This document shows, one piece after another, positions 7,544 to 18,451 of a stretch of DNA of 45,699 nucleotides. Made by a program: the position numbers and the translations under genes. Within the stretch, counting starts at the first letter, position 1. The number at the start of each line of letters is the position of its first letter. Source of the DNA: Candidatus Zipacnadia bacterium (GTDB lineage: Bacteria; Armatimonadota; Zipacnadia; Zipacnadales; UBA5352); contig JALGUI010000001.1 in the NCBI GenBank assembly GCA_029820915.1, positions 1-45,699 on the forward strand, written 5' to 3'. Under the pieces are notes generated by a model. The model had not been told where the DNA came from and searched no databases. It saw nothing but the letters and a program-made list of their open reading frames with translations.

Positions 7544-9475
7544 TTAGTCGCCTACGGCGGCGGCGGGGTCGCCTCCGACCTCGAGACTCAGCGCCGGCGA
7601 CGCCCACAGGTAGTCCGCCGGCAGCTCGACCGGCAGCGTCCGCGACACGAGCTGGTTGCGCAGCAACTCCTCGGTCAGACCAAGCGGCATCTCCTCGTCG
7701 TCCAGCATGATCGTGTGGTTGAGGAACCGGGCGAAGCGCATCTCGCCTACCGCCTTGATCTCGTGCCGCCCAGGTATCTGGCGCTCGTCCTGCTCGTCGA
7801 TGCGCACCCGCGTCTGCTCGACACGCTGCGACACGCGCCTGCCGCCGACGTGCCCGGCGAACTCCTCCAAGCTCCCGAACCCGGACGCCGGCGCGACCTC
7901 CACCAGCAGCCCGACGCGCACGTCGAACAGCGGCTCACCCAGCCGGTACTCCTCACGCCGGCCGTAGACGGTCAGCATCAGTGAGTCCATGTTCCCCTCG
8001 GCGTACCAGGTGAGGACGCCGGGCTTGGTCTCCGAGCGAGGCTGCGCGCCGATCGCCACCTCGAGGATCTTGACGCCGAGGTACGAGCTGCCGCGCTGCA
8101 CGGCGATGACTCCGTTCTGGCCGATCGCCTCGGGCTCCCCGATCCACTCATGTCGGCCGACGATCACGCGATCGATCTGGTCGCGCCGACCCAGGATTCC
8201 GCGTACCGCGGCCTTCATCCGCTGCCCCACGCCGATGGCGTCGAAGTTGAAGCTGCACAGCGCCAGCGACCCGCTCTGCGCGCTCTGCACCGTCGCCGGG
8301 CCACCGAGCACGTAGAAGTAGCTGGTCGGCCGCTCCGGCAGGTCGCAGGTGGCGAGGATGGGGATCGACGACGCGTCGATCATGCCGCTCATCGTGCCCA
8401 GGGACATCCCCGGCGCGACCCACGTGCAGGTGCTCGACATCTCCGGGACATCGTCCTCGTCACTGGGGGTGCGCGTGCGCACCTCGGCGGGCGCACGTGG
8501 TCCCTCGGCCAGCGCGACGAGATCGTCCGGCAGCGCGTAGTCCGACAGCGCGAAGTACATGACCAGCGGCGCGGCATCGCCGGTCGCCGCCAGGGCCGAG
8601 GGCAGATCACAGGCCAGCAGGTAGCGGCTCACGCCCGTTCGGGCCAGGTAGTCGGCCGCGTACGTCGATCCGATCGCCCCGGCGACCATCGCGTTCGTTG
8701 CGTAGTAGCGCTGCAGCATGTCGGCGTAGTACACGCGCAGCGCCGTCTCTGCATCTGCCCGCGCCTCATCGCTCGGGGCGTACTGCCAGGCCCAGCGCAG
8801 CGCGCCGATGCGCAGCGCGTCGAAGGTCGGCGAGTGCACGCCGGCCGGCCCGCGCGTGTGTAGACGCGCGACGATCCGGCCCACCACCTGCGCGCCCGCC
8901 GCCTGCGCCTCCGGCTCCTCCGCCGCCGCCGCCAGAGCGCACACCGCACCCGCCCACATCGCCTGGCTGAAGCCGTCCCGTGGTCGCTCCGGCATCTTCA
9001 CCAGGCCCTGGAGCGCGAGCCGCGCGCTGTCGGCCAGCAGGCCCGCCAGATCGCCCTCGGCCGTCTGCGCGAGATGCGCCAGCGTTGGCCCCAAATACGT
9101 GGTGGCGTGTGCGTCGTAGTCCGTCGATTCGTCCGCCATCCAGCGGAACAGCCCGCGGGTCGGTGAGTCCTGCTCCGTATCCTGGTGGGCCAGCACCGCC
9201 TCGACGACCTGGCGGGCGCGCTCGGGCTGCTCGCCCGTGGCGAGCAGCGCGGCGGCGTAGTTGAGGCTGCTCTCCACCAGGTTCAGTCTGCCGTTCCGGT
9301 CACGCACCAGATGGCTGGCCTCGTCGTAGTAACTCAGCCCCTGCTGGCGATCGTACGGCCCGTCCCCGTACTGAGCCGCGAGCAACGCCAGATGCGGGCC
9401 GTGCTGGGCTGCCGCGCCGACGTTGGCGACGAGAGCCAGGAGCAGCGCCGGGGCCAGACGGCGCAGCAGACTCAT
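7544..9475 (-). CDS. Secreted protein of unknown function (643 aa)
   Basis: MSLLRRLAPALLLALVANVGAAAQ signal peptide. The ATG at 9475 lies 9 nt after GGGAAGG. I recognise no family from the sequence. Confidence 0.7.
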   Translation of the reverse strand: MSLLRRLAPALLLALVANVGAAAQHGPHLALLAAQYGDGPYDRQQGLSYYDEASHLVRDRNGRLNLVESSLNYAAALLATGEQPERARQVVEAVLAHQDTEQDSPTRGLFRWMADESTDYDAHATTYLGPTLAHLAQTAEGDLAGLLADSARLALQGLVKMPERPRDGFSQAMWAGAVCALAAAAEEPEAQAAGAQVVGRIVARLHTRGPAGVHSPTFDALRIGALRWAWQYAPSDEARADAETALRVYYADMLQRYYATNAMVAGAIGSTYAADYLARTGVSRYLLACDLPSALAATGDAAPLVMYFALSDYALPDDLVALAEGPRAPAEVRTRTPSDEDDVPEMSSTCTWVAPGMSLGTMSGMIDASSIPILATCDLPERPTSYFYVLGGPATVQSAQSGSLALCSFNFDAIGVGQRMKAAVRGILGRRDQIDRVIVGRHEWIGEPEAIGQNGVIAVQRGSSYLGVKILEVAIGAQPRSETKPGVLTWYAEGNMDSLMLTVYGRREEYRLGEPLFDVRVGLLVEVAPASGFGSLEEFAGHVGGRRVSQRVEQTRVRIDEQDERQIPGRHEIKAVGEMRFARFLNHTIMLDDEEMPLGLTEELLRNQLVSRTLPVELPADYLWASPALSLEVGGDPAAAVGD

Positions 9476-9577
9476 GGTAATCATCCTTCCCGTGCGAGCG
9501 CGCCAAGCGCTCGCCTCCCTGTGCATCTGCCACAATAGACCGGCGCCGCGGGTCCGATGTTTCGGAGGCCGGACGCC

Positions 9578-9608
9578 AAAAGGCCGCCATGGACATCCCA
9601 TGGCGGCC
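9578..9608 (-). terminator. Rho-independent terminator ending the ribosomal super-operon after rpsI
   Basis: Minus strand: GGCCGCCATGG-GATGT-CCATGGCGGCC followed by TTTT. An 11-bp perfect stem, 56 nt downstream of the rpsI stop. Confidence 0.8.
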
Positions 9609-9663
9609 TGTCGCTGCGGCCCGGCGAGCGCGACGGCAGCCCCGGCTTGGCGCGTCCGGTGCC

Positions 9664-10059
9664 CTAGCGCTTCGAGAACTGCTTCCCCCGCCGCGCCTTG
9701 CGGAACCCCGCGTGCTTGCGCTCCTTGACGCGCGGGTCGCGCGTGAGCAGCCCGGCCGGGCCCAGGATGCCGCGGTAGTCCGGGTTGGCCTCAACCAGGG
9801 CCTTGGCGATGCCGTGCCGGACGGCGCCGGCCTGGCCTGACAGCCCGCCGCCCAGTACCACGCACTTGGCGTCGTACTGATCCGCCGTGTCGGTCGCCCG
9901 AAAGGGCTCCTGCACAACGACCGCCAGCCTGTCCCGCTTGAGGTAGTCGCGCGCCGGCTCGTTGTTGATCGTGATTTGGCCCGACCCGCCCGGAATCAGC
10001 CAGACCTTGGCGACGGCGGACTTGCGCCGTCCGGTTCCATAGCCTGCGTAGTTCGCCAC
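9664..10059 (-). CDS. rpsI: 30S ribosomal protein S9
   Basis: ...GGGLSGQAGAVRHGIAKAL...GLLTRDPRVKERKHAGFRKARRGKQFSKR. GTG start after GGAGGAGA. Confidence 0.96.
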   Translation of the reverse strand: MANYAGYGTGRRKSAVAKVWLIPGGSGQITINNEPARDYLKRDRLAVVVQEPFRATDTADQYDAKCVVLGGGLSGQAGAVRHGIAKALVEANPDYRGILGPAGLLTRDPRVKERKHAGFRKARRGKQFSKR

Positions 10060-10102
10060 TTATGTCTCCTCCTGCGTCGTCGTGCTCACCGGCTCCGCTC
10101 TA

Positions 10103-10537
10103 CTACTCCGATAGCGGCTCGGGCTGCTGCGCCTCATGCGGGTGCTCCGAGCCGGCATACACCTTGAGCTTCCTCAGCATCTGACGACCCAGCGGCGTCT
10201 TGGGCAGCATCCCCCGCACCGCCCGGCGGATGACCTCCTCGGGCTCGCGCTCGAGCAGTTCGCCGTACGACCGCGATCGCAGGTGCCCCGGGTAGCCGGT
10301 GTGCCAGTAGTACATCTTGTCCTCGGCCTTGTTGCCGGTCAGCCGCACGCCCCCGGCGTCCAGCACGATGACGTGATCGCCGCAGTCCACGTGCGGCGTG
10401 TAGCACGGCTTGTGCTTGCCGCGCAGCACCGCCGCTATCCGGCTGGCCAGCCGGCCCAGGACCTTGCCGTGCGCGCTGACCACGAACCACTTGCGCTCCA
10501 CCTCGGCCGGCTTGGCCGACACCGTCTTGTCCTGCAT
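10103..10537 (-). CDS. rplM: 50S ribosomal protein L13
   Basis: [32 protein letters not shown]...YYWHTGYPG. The ATG at 10537 follows GAGGAGGAAGG. The 10930 start is rejected. Confidence 0.95.
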   Translation of the reverse strand: MQDKTVSAKPAEVERKWFVVSAHGKVLGRLASRIAAVLRGKHKPCYTPHVDCGDHVIVLDAGGVRLTGNKAEDKMYYWHTGYPGHLRSRSYGELLEREPEEVIRRAVRGMLPKTPLGRQMLRKLKVYAGSEHPHEAQQPEPLSE

Positions 10538-10578
10538 GCGTCCTTCCTCCTCAGGGGCGAGGGCCGTTGCGCCCCGCC

Positions 10579-11313
10579 TCAATAGATCACCTTGATGAGC
10601 GACAGGCCCTGCGGCGGAGCAATGGCCGGTACCCGCGTGCGGTCGCGGCTCTCTACGATGAGCCCGACCTCCTCCACCGATCGCCGCCCCCGTCCCACCT
10701 CGACCAGCGTGCCCACGATCCGGCGCGCCATCATGTAGAGGAAGCCGTCGGCCTCCACACGGACCTCGATCAGCTCGCCGTCGCGCCACACGTCCAGCCG
10801 CGAGAGGGTGCGCACGGTGTCCTGCACCGAACTCCCGGAGGAGCTGAAGGCGACGAAGTCGTGCCTGCCGATCAGCCGCCCGCCCGCCTCCTGCATCGCG
10901 CCCACGTCGAGCGGCGTGGGCAGATGCCACGCGTAGCGGCCGATGAAGGGCGACGGCAGCACGCGGCTGAGTATCCGGTAGCCGTAGAGCTTGCCCACCG
11001 CGTCGAAGCGCGGATGGAAGTCCAGCGGCACGTCCTCCGCGCTCACCACGCCGACCGTCGCGGGCAGAATGGCGTTGAGCGCGGGCACGATCCGCTCGGT
11101 CGGTATCGGCCTGTCCGTCTCAAAGGTCGCTGTCTGCCCGACGGCGTGCACGCCGGCGTCGGTGCGTCCCGCGCCGGTGATGCTCACCTGCTCGCCGAGC
11201 AGCTCGCCCAGCGCGCGCTCCAACGTCTGCTGGACGGTCGGCAACTCGGGCTGCCGCTGGAAGCCGTGGTAATCGGTGCCGTCGTACTGCACGACCAGAA
11301 GCACCCGTCGCAT
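10579..11313 (-). CDS. truA: tRNA pseudouridine(38-40) synthase TruA
   Basis: [21 protein letters not shown]...[14 protein letters not shown]... Confidence 0.93.
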   Translation of the reverse strand: MRRVLLVVQYDGTDYHGFQRQPELPTVQQTLERALGELLGEQVSITGAGRTDAGVHAVGQTATFETDRPIPTERIVPALNAILPATVGVVSAEDVPLDFHPRFDAVGKLYGYRILSRVLPSPFIGRYAWHLPTPLDVGAMQEAGGRLIGRHDFVAFSSSGSSVQDTVRTLSRLDVWRDGELIEVRVEADGFLYMMARRIVGTLVEVGRGRRSVEEVGLIVESRDRTRVPAIAPPQGLSLIKVIY

Positions 11314-11332
11314 GGTGCCTCCGCCTCGGCTC

Positions 11333-11686
11333 TCAATCCGTGAGCTCCAGAATCGCCATCTCCGCGTTGTCGCCGGCGCGCCGCCCGGCCCGGATCACGC
11401 GCGTGTAGCCGCCGTCCCGGTCCGCATAGCGCGGCGCGATCTCGTCAAACAGATGCGCGACGAGGGCCTTGTCGCGGATATTGCGCAGCACCCGGCGCCG
11501 CGCGTGCAGATCGCCGCGCTTCGCGGTCGTGATGAGCCGCTCCGCCAGCCGCTGCGTCTCCTTCGCCTTCTGCACGGTCGTCTTCACCCGGCTGTGCCGG
11601 AACAGCGCATCAACCTGGCTGCGCAGCATCGCCCGGCGCTGATCGGCGGGCCGGCCGAGCTTTCGGTGGTCCTTGCGGTGTCGCAT
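11333..11686 (-). CDS. rplQ: 50S ribosomal protein L17
   Basis: MRHRKDHRKLGRPADQRRAMLRSQ...GGYTRVIRAGRRAGDNAEMAILEL. SD GAGGGA. Confidence 0.95.
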   Translation of the reverse strand: MRHRKDHRKLGRPADQRRAMLRSQVDALFRHSRVKTTVQKAKETQRLAERLITTAKRGDLHARRRVLRNIRDKALVAHLFDEIAPRYADRDGGYTRVIRAGRRAGDNAEMAILELTD

Positions 11687-11804
11687 CGTGTCGTCCCTCG
11701 CAAGCGGCGCGTCTGGCCGCGTTCGGTCTATGTGCCGCTCCACGCCCTCCGCAGGTCGGGCATCCTTCCCGACGATGCCTTCCCCGGCGGCCGAGGAATC
11801 GGCG

Positions 11805-12791
11805 CTAGCCGTCCTCCTCCTCCACGAACTCCTCGGCCGCAGCCATCTCGCGGAGGCCCAGGTCCACGGCGGCGAGCTTCTCTATGACCTCTTCGAGCGA
11901 GCGCTTGCCGAAGTTGCGGATGTTGAGCAGGTCCTCCTCGGTCCTCACCACCAACTCACCTACAGAGTCGACGTTCTCCTTCTTGAGGCAGTTGAAGGTG
12001 CGCACGGAGAACTCCATCTCCTCGATGGGGTAGCCCAACACCTGATTGCGGACCTCCTCCTCCTCCGCCACCTCTTCTTCCTCTTCCTCTTCGGGCAACT
12101 CGATCTCGCTGAAGATCGTGATGTAGCGCACCAGGACCTCCGCCGCCCTGCGCACTGCGTCGTCGGGCATGACCGTCCCGTTGCCCCACACCTCGACCAT
12201 CAGCCGGTCCAGGTCCGTGCGCGCGCCCAGGCGCGTGGCCTCAACACGGTAGGTGCAGCGCGCCACCGGCGAGAACAGGGCGTCCAGCGCGATGACGTCA
12301 CCGGGCCGCTTCTCGCGGCCGGGCTCCTCCACCGGCCGATAGCCCGTCGAGAGCTCTATCCACAGGTCGATGAGCAGGCTGGAGTCGTCCTCAGTCAGCG
12401 TCGCGATGTGGATCTCGGGATTGATGATCTCGACCCCGGGCGGACACGTGACGTCGCCGCCCACGACCTCGCCCTTGCCCTCCGCCTGGATGTGCGCAAC
12501 CGTCTCCTCGTCTTCGTCCGGCTCGCCATGGAACTTGATGGCGAGTTCCTTGATGTTGAGGCACAGCTCCGTGGCGTCCTCGTAGATGCCCTCGATGGTC
12601 GTGAACGCGTGTGGCACCCCGTCGATGCGCACGTCCGTCACCGCCGCGCCGGGGACGTGCGCGAGCAGCACCCGCCGGAACGCATTGCCCAGCGTGTGCC
12701 CGAAGCCCCGCTCCAGCGGCTCGATGGCGAACTTCCCGTACTTGTCGGAAAGCTCGAGCGCCACCATGCTGGGGGCCAACTCCTCAATCAT
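11805..12791 (-). CDS. rpoA: DNA-directed RNA polymerase alpha subunit
   Basis: ...FAIEPLERGFGHTLGNAFRRVLL... and the C-terminal domain ...EFSVRTFNCLKKENVDSVGELV... Confidence 0.96.
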   Translation of the reverse strand: MIEELAPSMVALELSDKYGKFAIEPLERGFGHTLGNAFRRVLLAHVPGAAVTDVRIDGVPHAFTTIEGIYEDATELCLNIKELAIKFHGEPDEDEETVAHIQAEGKGEVVGGDVTCPPGVEIINPEIHIATLTEDDSSLLIDLWIELSTGYRPVEEPGREKRPGDVIALDALFSPVARCTYRVEATRLGARTDLDRLMVEVWGNGTVMPDDAVRRAAEVLVRYITIFSEIELPEEEEEEEVAEEEEVRNQVLGYPIEEMEFSVRTFNCLKKENVDSVGELVVRTEEDLLNIRNFGKRSLEEVIEKLAAVDLGLREMAAAEEFVEEEDG

Positions 12792-12833
12792 GGGTCTCTC
12801 TCCTCCGTTATGTGCGACGCGGCGCTCGACCCG

Positions 12834-13463
12834 CTAGCGCGAGTAGAACTCGACGACCTGCTGCTCGTCCACATCGACGTTGATGTCCTCCGGCTCAGGC
12901 AGCCGGCGGACCGTGATCGTCTTGCTGCTCGCGTCGGCCTGGAGCCAGCCGGGCACCTCGTAGCCACGCGACAGCGACTGGACGACCGGCTGCAGGTCCT
13001 GGCTGTTCTCGCGCACCTCGATGACGTCGCCCTCCCTCACCAGCCGGGAGGGGATATCGCACACGCGACCGTTGACCGCGATGTGCCGGTGGCGCACGAT
13101 CTGCCGCGCCTGGGCCTGGCTGGCCGCGAAGCCGGCGCGACGCAGCACGCTGTCGAGACGCCGCTCGAGCAGCGACAGCAGCATGAAGCCCGTCACGCCC
13201 TTGGCCGTCAGCGCGCGGTCAACGTAGCGCCGGAACTGCCGCTCGAGCAGCCCGTAGATAGTCCGCAGCTTCTGCTTCTCGCGAAGCTGCAGGGCGTAGT
13301 CCGACGGGCGCCGCCGTCCGCGTCGGCCGCTGCCGTGCTCGCCGGGCGGGTAGCTCTTGCGCTCGAGCGCGCACTTAGGGCCGTGGCAGCGCTCACCCTT
13401 CAGGAACAGCTTCTGGCCCTCGCGCCGACAGAGCCGACAGACCGGTCCAGTGTACCGCGCCAT
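12834..13463 (-). CDS. rpsD: 30S ribosomal protein S4
   Basis: MARYTGPVCRLCRREGQKLFLKGERC... The ATG at 13463 follows GGAGGTGAAGG. Confidence 0.96.
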   Translation of the reverse strand: MARYTGPVCRLCRREGQKLFLKGERCHGPKCALERKSYPPGEHGSGRRGRRRPSDYALQLREKQKLRTIYGLLERQFRRYVDRALTAKGVTGFMLLSLLERRLDSVLRRAGFAASQAQARQIVRHRHIAVNGRVCDIPSRLVREGDVIEVRENSQDLQPVVQSLSRGYEVPGWLQADASSKTITVRRLPEPEDINVDVDEQQVVEFYSR

Positions 13464-13518
13464 GAATACCTTCACCTCCGCAGGCTCGGCGGCCGCGGGG
13501 GCCGCCTCAGGCCTGCCG

Positions 13519-14010
13519 TTACATGCGTCGCCTCTTCTTCGGACGGCACCCGTTGTGCGGCTGCGGCGTGACGTCCTTGATGTTGCCGATCTCGATGCCG
13601 ACCGCCTGCATCGCGCGAATCGCCGTCTCACGGCCCGAGCCGGGGCCCTTAGTGAACACCTCGAGCCGCCGCAGCCCGGCGTCGATGGCACGACGCGCCG
13701 CGTTTTCCGCCGCGAGCTGCGCCGCGAACGGCGTGCCCTTGCGCGTGCCCTTGAAGCCCACCGTGCCGCCGCTGGCCCACGTGATCACGTTGCCGCGCTG
13801 GTCGGTGATGCTGATGATCGTGTTGTTGAACGTGGACCTGATGTACGCACGCCCCTGTGCCCCCCTGGCCGGTCCCCGCTGCGGCGGCCGCTCCGGGCGA
13901 GCCCCCCGCGACGGCGCGGGCCGCGCGGCCTGCGCCTGCTCGTCGCCGGTCTCGGCCCCCTCGGCTCCCTCGGCCTCTGGCTGCGCGGCGTCCTCGCGCT
14001 CTTGTGCCAT
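13519..14010 (-). CDS. rpsK: 30S ribosomal protein S11, with a ~40-aa N-terminal low-complexity extension
   Basis: Core: [29 protein letters not shown]...[12 protein letters not shown]. The ATG at 14010 lies 7 nt after AGGAGG, so the extension is probably translated. Confidence 0.95.
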   Translation of the reverse strand: MAQEREDAAQPEAEGAEGAETGDEQAQAARPAPSRGARPERPPQRGPARGAQGRAYIRSTFNNTIISITDQRGNVITWASGGTVGFKGTRKGTPFAAQLAAENAARRAIDAGLRRLEVFTKGPGSGRETAIRAMQAVGIEIGNIKDVTPQPHNGCRPKKRRRM

Positions 14011-14048
14011 CTTCCCGCCTCCTGTGCCTTGCGGCGCCCGGCGTGATC

Positions 14049-14432
14049 CTACGTCTTCGCGGTCGCCCTCTTCTGCCCGGCCACGGTCTTCCGCTTGCCC
14101 TTGCGCGTGCGCGCGTTGGTGCGCGTGCGCTGCCCACGGACCGGCAGCCCGCGGCGATGCCGCATGCCGCGGTATGTCCCGATCTCGATCAGGCGCTGGA
14201 TGTTCGCCGCCACCTCACGCCGTCTATCGCCCTCGATCATGTAGTCGCGCTCGATGATCTCGCGCACGCGCGCGGCCTCTTCCTCGGTGAGGTCCCGCAT
14301 CTTCGTCAGCTCGTCGATCTGCGCCTGCTCGCGAATCTTCTTCGCCGACGAGCGCCCGATCCCGTAGATGTAGGTCAACGCGATCTCGACCCTCTTGTTG
14401 GCCGGCAGGTCTATGCCAGCTATCCTGGGCAC
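14049..14432 (-). CDS. rpsM: 30S ribosomal protein S13
   Basis: (V)[25 protein letters not shown]... The GTG at 14432 lies 5 nt after GAGGAGGAG. The GTG at 14438 abuts the SD. Confidence 0.95.
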   Translation of the reverse strand: MPRIAGIDLPANKRVEIALTYIYGIGRSSAKKIREQAQIDELTKMRDLTEEEAARVREIIERDYMIEGDRRREVAANIQRLIEIGTYRGMRHRRGLPVRGQRTRTNARTRKGKRKTVAGQKRATAKT

Positions 14433-14484
14433 CTGCACTCCTCCTCGGTCGTCAAGACGCTAGGCGGCCGCCACGGCGCGCCGC

Positions 14485-14598
14485 CTACCCCTGGCGCTGC
14501 TTGTGCCGCGGGTTGCTGCACACCACGCGCACGACACCCTTGCGCCGGATGATCTTGCACTTGTCACACCGCTTCTTCACTGACGCCTGGACCTTCAT
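14485..14598 (-). CDS. rpmJ: 50S ribosomal protein L36 (37 aa; absent from the ORF track)
   Basis: My own translation: [37 protein letters not shown], then TAG. SD GGGGAG. Confidence 0.95.
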   Translation of the reverse strand: MKVQASVKKRCDKCKIIRRKGVVRVVCSNPRHKQRQG

Positions 14599-14688
14599 AC
14601 CTACCACTCCCCAAGCCCTGCCCGGCCGCCGCAACGTGGCCGCGCCGCGCGGGACTACACCTGCGCTCGCGGCGCGCCCGGGGCCGGA

Positions 14689-14931
14689 CTACTTATGCAA
14701 CCAGACGATCCGCCCGCGCGACAGGTCGTAGGGCGAGATCTCCACCGTCACCGAGTCGCCCGGCATAATCCGGATGTATCTCATGCGGATCTTGCCGCAG
14801 ACATGAGCCAGAAGTCCGTGCCCGTTCTCCAACTCCACCTTGAAGACCGCGTCCGGGAGCTTCTCGACCACGGTGCCGAGAACCCGGAGCATCTTGGGCC
14901 CTTCCTTCTGCGTCGTCTGCTTCTTCGCCAT
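14689..14931 (-). CDS. infA: Translation initiation factor IF-1
   Basis: [38 protein letters not shown]...RIVWLHK. An alternative TTG start at 14949 is possible. Confidence 0.93.
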   Translation of the reverse strand: MAKKQTTQKEGPKMLRVLGTVVEKLPDAVFKVELENGHGLLAHVCGKIRMRYIRIMPGDSVTVEISPYDLSRGRIVWLHK

Positions 14932-14966
14932 TGCCCTATCGTACCCCAATCGCTGTGTGCCCCCCT

Positions 14967-15752
14967 CTACGGTGCGGTCAGTGTCCGGCAGCCGTCGGCG
15001 GTGACGGCGACCGTGTGCTCGAAGTGCGCCGACCGGCTCCCGTCGCGCGTGCGCACCTTCCAGCCGTCGGCGTCCTGCACCACGTCAAAGGCCCCGGCGT
15101 TCACCATCGGCTCGATGGCCACCGTCAGCCCCGGCACCAGCTCCACCCCGTAGACGCCGCCGCTGCCGTCCACGAAGTTCGGCACCTGCGGCGGCTCGTG
15201 TAGCGCCGCGCCGATCCCGTGCCCCACCAGCGCCCGCACCACGCTGAACCCCGCCGCCTCGACGTGGCCCTGCACCGCCTGGGCGATGTCGCGGATCGTG
15301 TTCCCGGGCCGCACCTGCACCAGCGCCGCGTCCAGTGCCGCGCGCGTCACGTCGATCAGCCGGCGCGACTCGTCGTCTATCTCCCCCACGCCCACCGTGA
15401 ACGCCCCGTCGGCGTGATAGCCCTCCCACTCGACGCCCAGGTCCACGGCCAGGATGTCACCGTCGTGCAGCAACTCCATCTCGGACGGGATCCCGTGCAC
15501 CACCACGTCGTTGACGCTGGCGCAGATCGTCGCCGGATAGCCCCGATAGCCCTTGAACGATGGCTCGGCTCCCGCCTCGCGGATTGCCGCCTCGGCGATG
15601 CGGTCCAGGTCGGCGGTCGTCACGCCCGCCTCGATCGCCTCGCGCAGCCGCGCCACGGTGCGGGCATGGATCTTCCCCGCGTGGCGCATCGTCTCCAACT
15701 CCGCCTGGCTCTTCGGCCTGATGGCCCTGCCCCGAATGTGTGGCCCGCTCAT
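14967..15752 (-). CDS. map: Type I methionine aminopeptidase
   Basis: ...[17 protein letters not shown]...DILAVDLG...GHGIG...LTVAIEPM...FEHTVAVT. Confidence 0.95.
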   Translation of the reverse strand: MSGPHIRGRAIRPKSQAELETMRHAGKIHARTVARLREAIEAGVTTADLDRIAEAAIREAGAEPSFKGYRGYPATICASVNDVVVHGIPSEMELLHDGDILAVDLGVEWEGYHADGAFTVGVGEIDDESRRLIDVTRAALDAALVQVRPGNTIRDIAQAVQGHVEAAGFSVVRALVGHGIGAALHEPPQVPNFVDGSGGVYGVELVPGLTVAIEPMVNAGAFDVVQDADGWKVRTRDGSRSAHFEHTVAVTADGCRTLTAP

Positions 15753-15755
15753 CTG

Positions 15756-16427
15756 TCAGCTCCGGTCCCGGACCGCCGGCAGCAGGCGCTCGGCAATCTC
15801 ATCGGGACTGCCCTCCCCCGGCACGTCCACCAGGACTCCCCGCTTGCTGTAGTAGTCGATCAGCGGCTCCGTCTGCTCGCGATAGACCGCCAGCCGCTCA
15901 CGGATCGCCTCCGGCCGATCGTCGCTGCGCTGGTACAGCTCTCCCTCGCAGTCCGGGTCGGGGCACGGGCCGCCGTCGGTCACGCCCTCGTCGTCTATGT
16001 GAAAGATCCCATCGCAGTCGCGGCACAAGCGCCGACCCGACAGCCGCCGCACGATCTCGTCCTCTTCGACCGCCAGGTTCACCACCAGCAGCGGCTCGCG
16101 GCCCAACTCGTCCATGGCCCGGCCAAGCGCCTCGGCCTGGGGCACCGTCCGCGGGAAGCCGTCGAGCACGAAGCCCCTAGCGCAGTCGTCCTGGGCGAGC
16201 CGCTCGCCCGCGATCGCGATGACCAGGTCATCGGGCACCAGCTCGCCGCGGTCCATGTAGCCCTTGGCCTTCGCGCCCAGCTCGGTGCCCTCGGCGACGG
16301 CCCCCCGCAGGATGTCGCCGGTCGAGATGTGCGGGACTGCAAGCTGATCGCTCAGCATCTTCGCCTGCGTGCCCTTGCCCGCGCCGGGCGCGCCCAGCAG
16401 CACCACGTTGTACTCTCGGTCCGACAT
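15756..16427 (-). CDS. adk: Adenylate kinase (Cys4 lid)
   Basis: VVLLGAPGAGKGTQAK...HISTGDILR...CRDCDG...CPDPDCEG. Confidence 0.95.
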   Translation of the reverse strand: MSDREYNVVLLGAPGAGKGTQAKMLSDQLAVPHISTGDILRGAVAEGTELGAKAKGYMDRGELVPDDLVIAIAGERLAQDDCARGFVLDGFPRTVPQAEALGRAMDELGREPLLVVNLAVEEDEIVRRLSGRRLCRDCDGIFHIDDEGVTDGGPCPDPDCEGELYQRSDDRPEAIRERLAVYREQTEPLIDYYSKRGVLVDVPGEGSPDEIAERLLPAVRDRS

Positions 16428-16437
16428 CGTCTCTCTC

Positions 16438-17772
16438 CTACTTCAGGAAGCCGCTGTAGTGGCGCATGAGAAGCTGCGCTTCAATCTGCTGCATGGTGTC
16501 CAGCGCCACGCCGACCACGATCAGCAGCGACGTGCCTCCCACCAGGGTGAAGGTGGTGACCCCCGTGATGTCCCCGACGTAGTACTGCATCACCGCGATG
16601 ACGCCCAGGAACAGCGCGCCCGCCAGCGTGATCCGGTACAGGATCCGGTCGAGGTAGTCGCGCGTGCTCGCGCCGGGCCGGATGCCCGGGATGGCGCCAC
16701 CGTTCTTCTGCAGATTCTCGGAAATCTGCTCCGGGTTGAAGGTCACCGCCGTGTAGAAGTACGTGAACAGAATCACCAGCAGGAAGTACAGGAACGAAGC
16801 GAAGTGGTTCAGGCCGGGCGTCGTGAACTGCACCAGCGAGAACATCGCCCGACTTACGGCCTCATCGCTCACATGGAAGATGCCCGCCATCTTGGCGACG
16901 GTCGTCTGCCCCGACAGCGCCTGCGCGATCTGCCCCGGGAACAGCGACACCGAGATCGCGAAGATGATCGGCATCACGCCGGCCTGGTTCACGCGCACCG
17001 GCAGGTAGCTGGTCTGCCCGCCGTAGACCCGGTGCCCACGCACACGCCGCGCGTACTGCACCGGGATCTTGCGCTGCGCCTGCTGGAACTTCACGATCAG
17101 GTAGACCGTGGCGTACATGATGACCCCGAGGAACGCAATGTTGGCCACCGTGACCTCGCCGCCGCGCCAGAGTTGAATGGTCTGCGCCACGTCCTGCGGC
17201 ATGCGCGTCATGATTCCGGCGAAAATGATGATCGACACGCCCTGCCCAATGGCGTGCTCGGTGATCATGTCCGCGATCCACATCAGGAACGCGGTGCCGC
17301 CGACCATCATCAGGACGACGTAGAGCATCAGCGGCAGGTCGCCGATGAAGGCGTTCCCTTGCCGCAGGAAGGCGATCATGCCGAAGCCCTGCAGCAGCGC
17401 CACCGCCATGGTCAGGTACTTCGTCCACGCGTTGATCTTGCGCCGGCCGTACTCGCCCTCCTTCTGCAGCTCCTCCAGGGCCGGGATGGCCATGGTCAGA
17501 AGCTGCAGGATGATCGAGGCGCTGATGTAGGGCATGATGCCCAGCGCCAGCACGGAGAAGCGCTTGAGCGACCCGCCGGCGAAGGCGTCCAGCATCTGGC
17601 CCAGCCCGCCCGCAGCTTGAAAGATGCGCTCGAGCTGCGCCTTGTCGATGCCCGGCAGCGGTATGTGCGCGCACGCGACGTACACGCCGAACATCAAGAA
17701 CAGGAAGACAATGCGCTTCCGGATGTCCGGCACGCGAATCGCCTGGCCGAGCGCGGCGAGCCGCTCCCTCAT
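16438..17772 (-). CDS. secY: Preprotein translocase subunit SecY
   Basis: 444 aa with 10 TM helices and a typical SecY sequence. The start overlaps the rplO stop (ATGA). Confidence 0.96.
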   Translation of the reverse strand: MRERLAALGQAIRVPDIRKRIVFLFLMFGVYVACAHIPLPGIDKAQLERIFQAAGGLGQMLDAFAGGSLKRFSVLALGIMPYISASIILQLLTMAIPALEELQKEGEYGRRKINAWTKYLTMAVALLQGFGMIAFLRQGNAFIGDLPLMLYVVLMMVGGTAFLMWIADMITEHAIGQGVSIIIFAGIMTRMPQDVAQTIQLWRGGEVTVANIAFLGVIMYATVYLIVKFQQAQRKIPVQYARRVRGHRVYGGQTSYLPVRVNQAGVMPIIFAISVSLFPGQIAQALSGQTTVAKMAGIFHVSDEAVSRAMFSLVQFTTPGLNHFASFLYFLLVILFTYFYTAVTFNPEQISENLQKNGGAIPGIRPGASTRDYLDRILYRITLAGALFLGVIAVMQYYVGDITGVTTFTLVGGTSLLIVVGVALDTMQQIEAQLLMRHYSGFLK

Positions 17773-18233
17773 TCGCCGATCACCTCGACCGTGCCGCCGC
17801 TGTTCTCGATCTTCTCGCGCGCCGACGCGCTGAACGCGTGGGCGCTGACCCTCAGCGGCTTGTCGATCTCGCCGTCGCCCAGGACCTTGAGCCCGTCCAG
17901 CAGCTTGCCGATCACGCGCTCCTCAAGCAGGCGCTCGGGCGTGATCTCGTCGTCGGCGTCGTAGCGCTCGGCCAGCGTGCCGACGTTGACCACGGCGAAC
18001 TCGGTGCCGAAGAACCCACGGTTGTGCGCCGCGCTGCCCTTACCACGAAGCTGCGGGACGCGTCGGTACAGCGGCGTCTGGCCGCCCTCGAACCCCGGCG
18101 GCACCTTGGAGCGGTGCTTCTGGCCCTTCTCGCCCCGGCCGGCCGTCTTGCCCTGGCCGGCGGCAATGCCCCGCCCCACGCGCTTGCGCGACTTCTTGCC
18201 TCTCGGATTCGGCCGCAGATCGGTCAGGTCCAT
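17769..18233 (-). CDS. rplO: 50S ribosomal protein L15
   Basis: [42 protein letters not shown]... Confidence 0.95.
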   Translation of the reverse strand: MDLTDLRPNPRGKKSRKRVGRGIAAGQGKTAGRGEKGQKHRSKVPPGFEGGQTPLYRRVPQLRGKGSAAHNRGFFGTEFAVVNVGTLAERYDADDEITPERLLEERVIGKLLDGLKVLGDGEIDKPLRVSAHAFSASAREKIENSGGTVEVIGE

Positions 18234-18244
18234 CGCCTGTGCTC

Positions 18245-18439
18245 CTACTTCTGCCCCTCGACGGGCTCGTGCTCGATGAGGTGGGAGACCGCGCGGATCA
18301 TCCCGCGCGTCGTCTCGGTGTCCGGCAGCACATTGCTCGTGCCGATGCCGCGCAGGCCCAGCGCACGCAGTGTGCCGCGGTGCTTGGGCTTGCTACCGAT
18401 GCTGCTACGTCGCTGAACCACCTTGATCATGTCGGCCAT
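18245..18439 (-). CDS. rpmD: 50S ribosomal protein L30
   Basis: [33 protein letters not shown]...[11 protein letters not shown]. The ATG lies 12 nt after the rplR stop, with GAGG SD. Confidence 0.93.
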   Translation of the reverse strand: MADMIKVVQRRSSIGSKPKHRGTLRALGLRGIGTSNVLPDTETTRGMIRAVSHLIEHEPVEGQK

Positions 18440-18451
18440 GCGGATCGCCTC

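Noticed and set aside
6513-7607. 364-aa minus-strand ORF spanning the intergenic region.
   Set aside because: It is extremely Arg-rich. It overlaps the lipoprotein gene, the terminator hairpin and the end of the 7544-9475 gene, and has no SD.
14463-14485. GC hairpin (ggcggc...gccgcc) between rpmJ and rpsM as an internal terminator.
   Set aside because: It has no T-tract and sits in the middle of a tightly packed operon. More likely it is an mRNA processing or stability element, and this cannot be decided from sequence.
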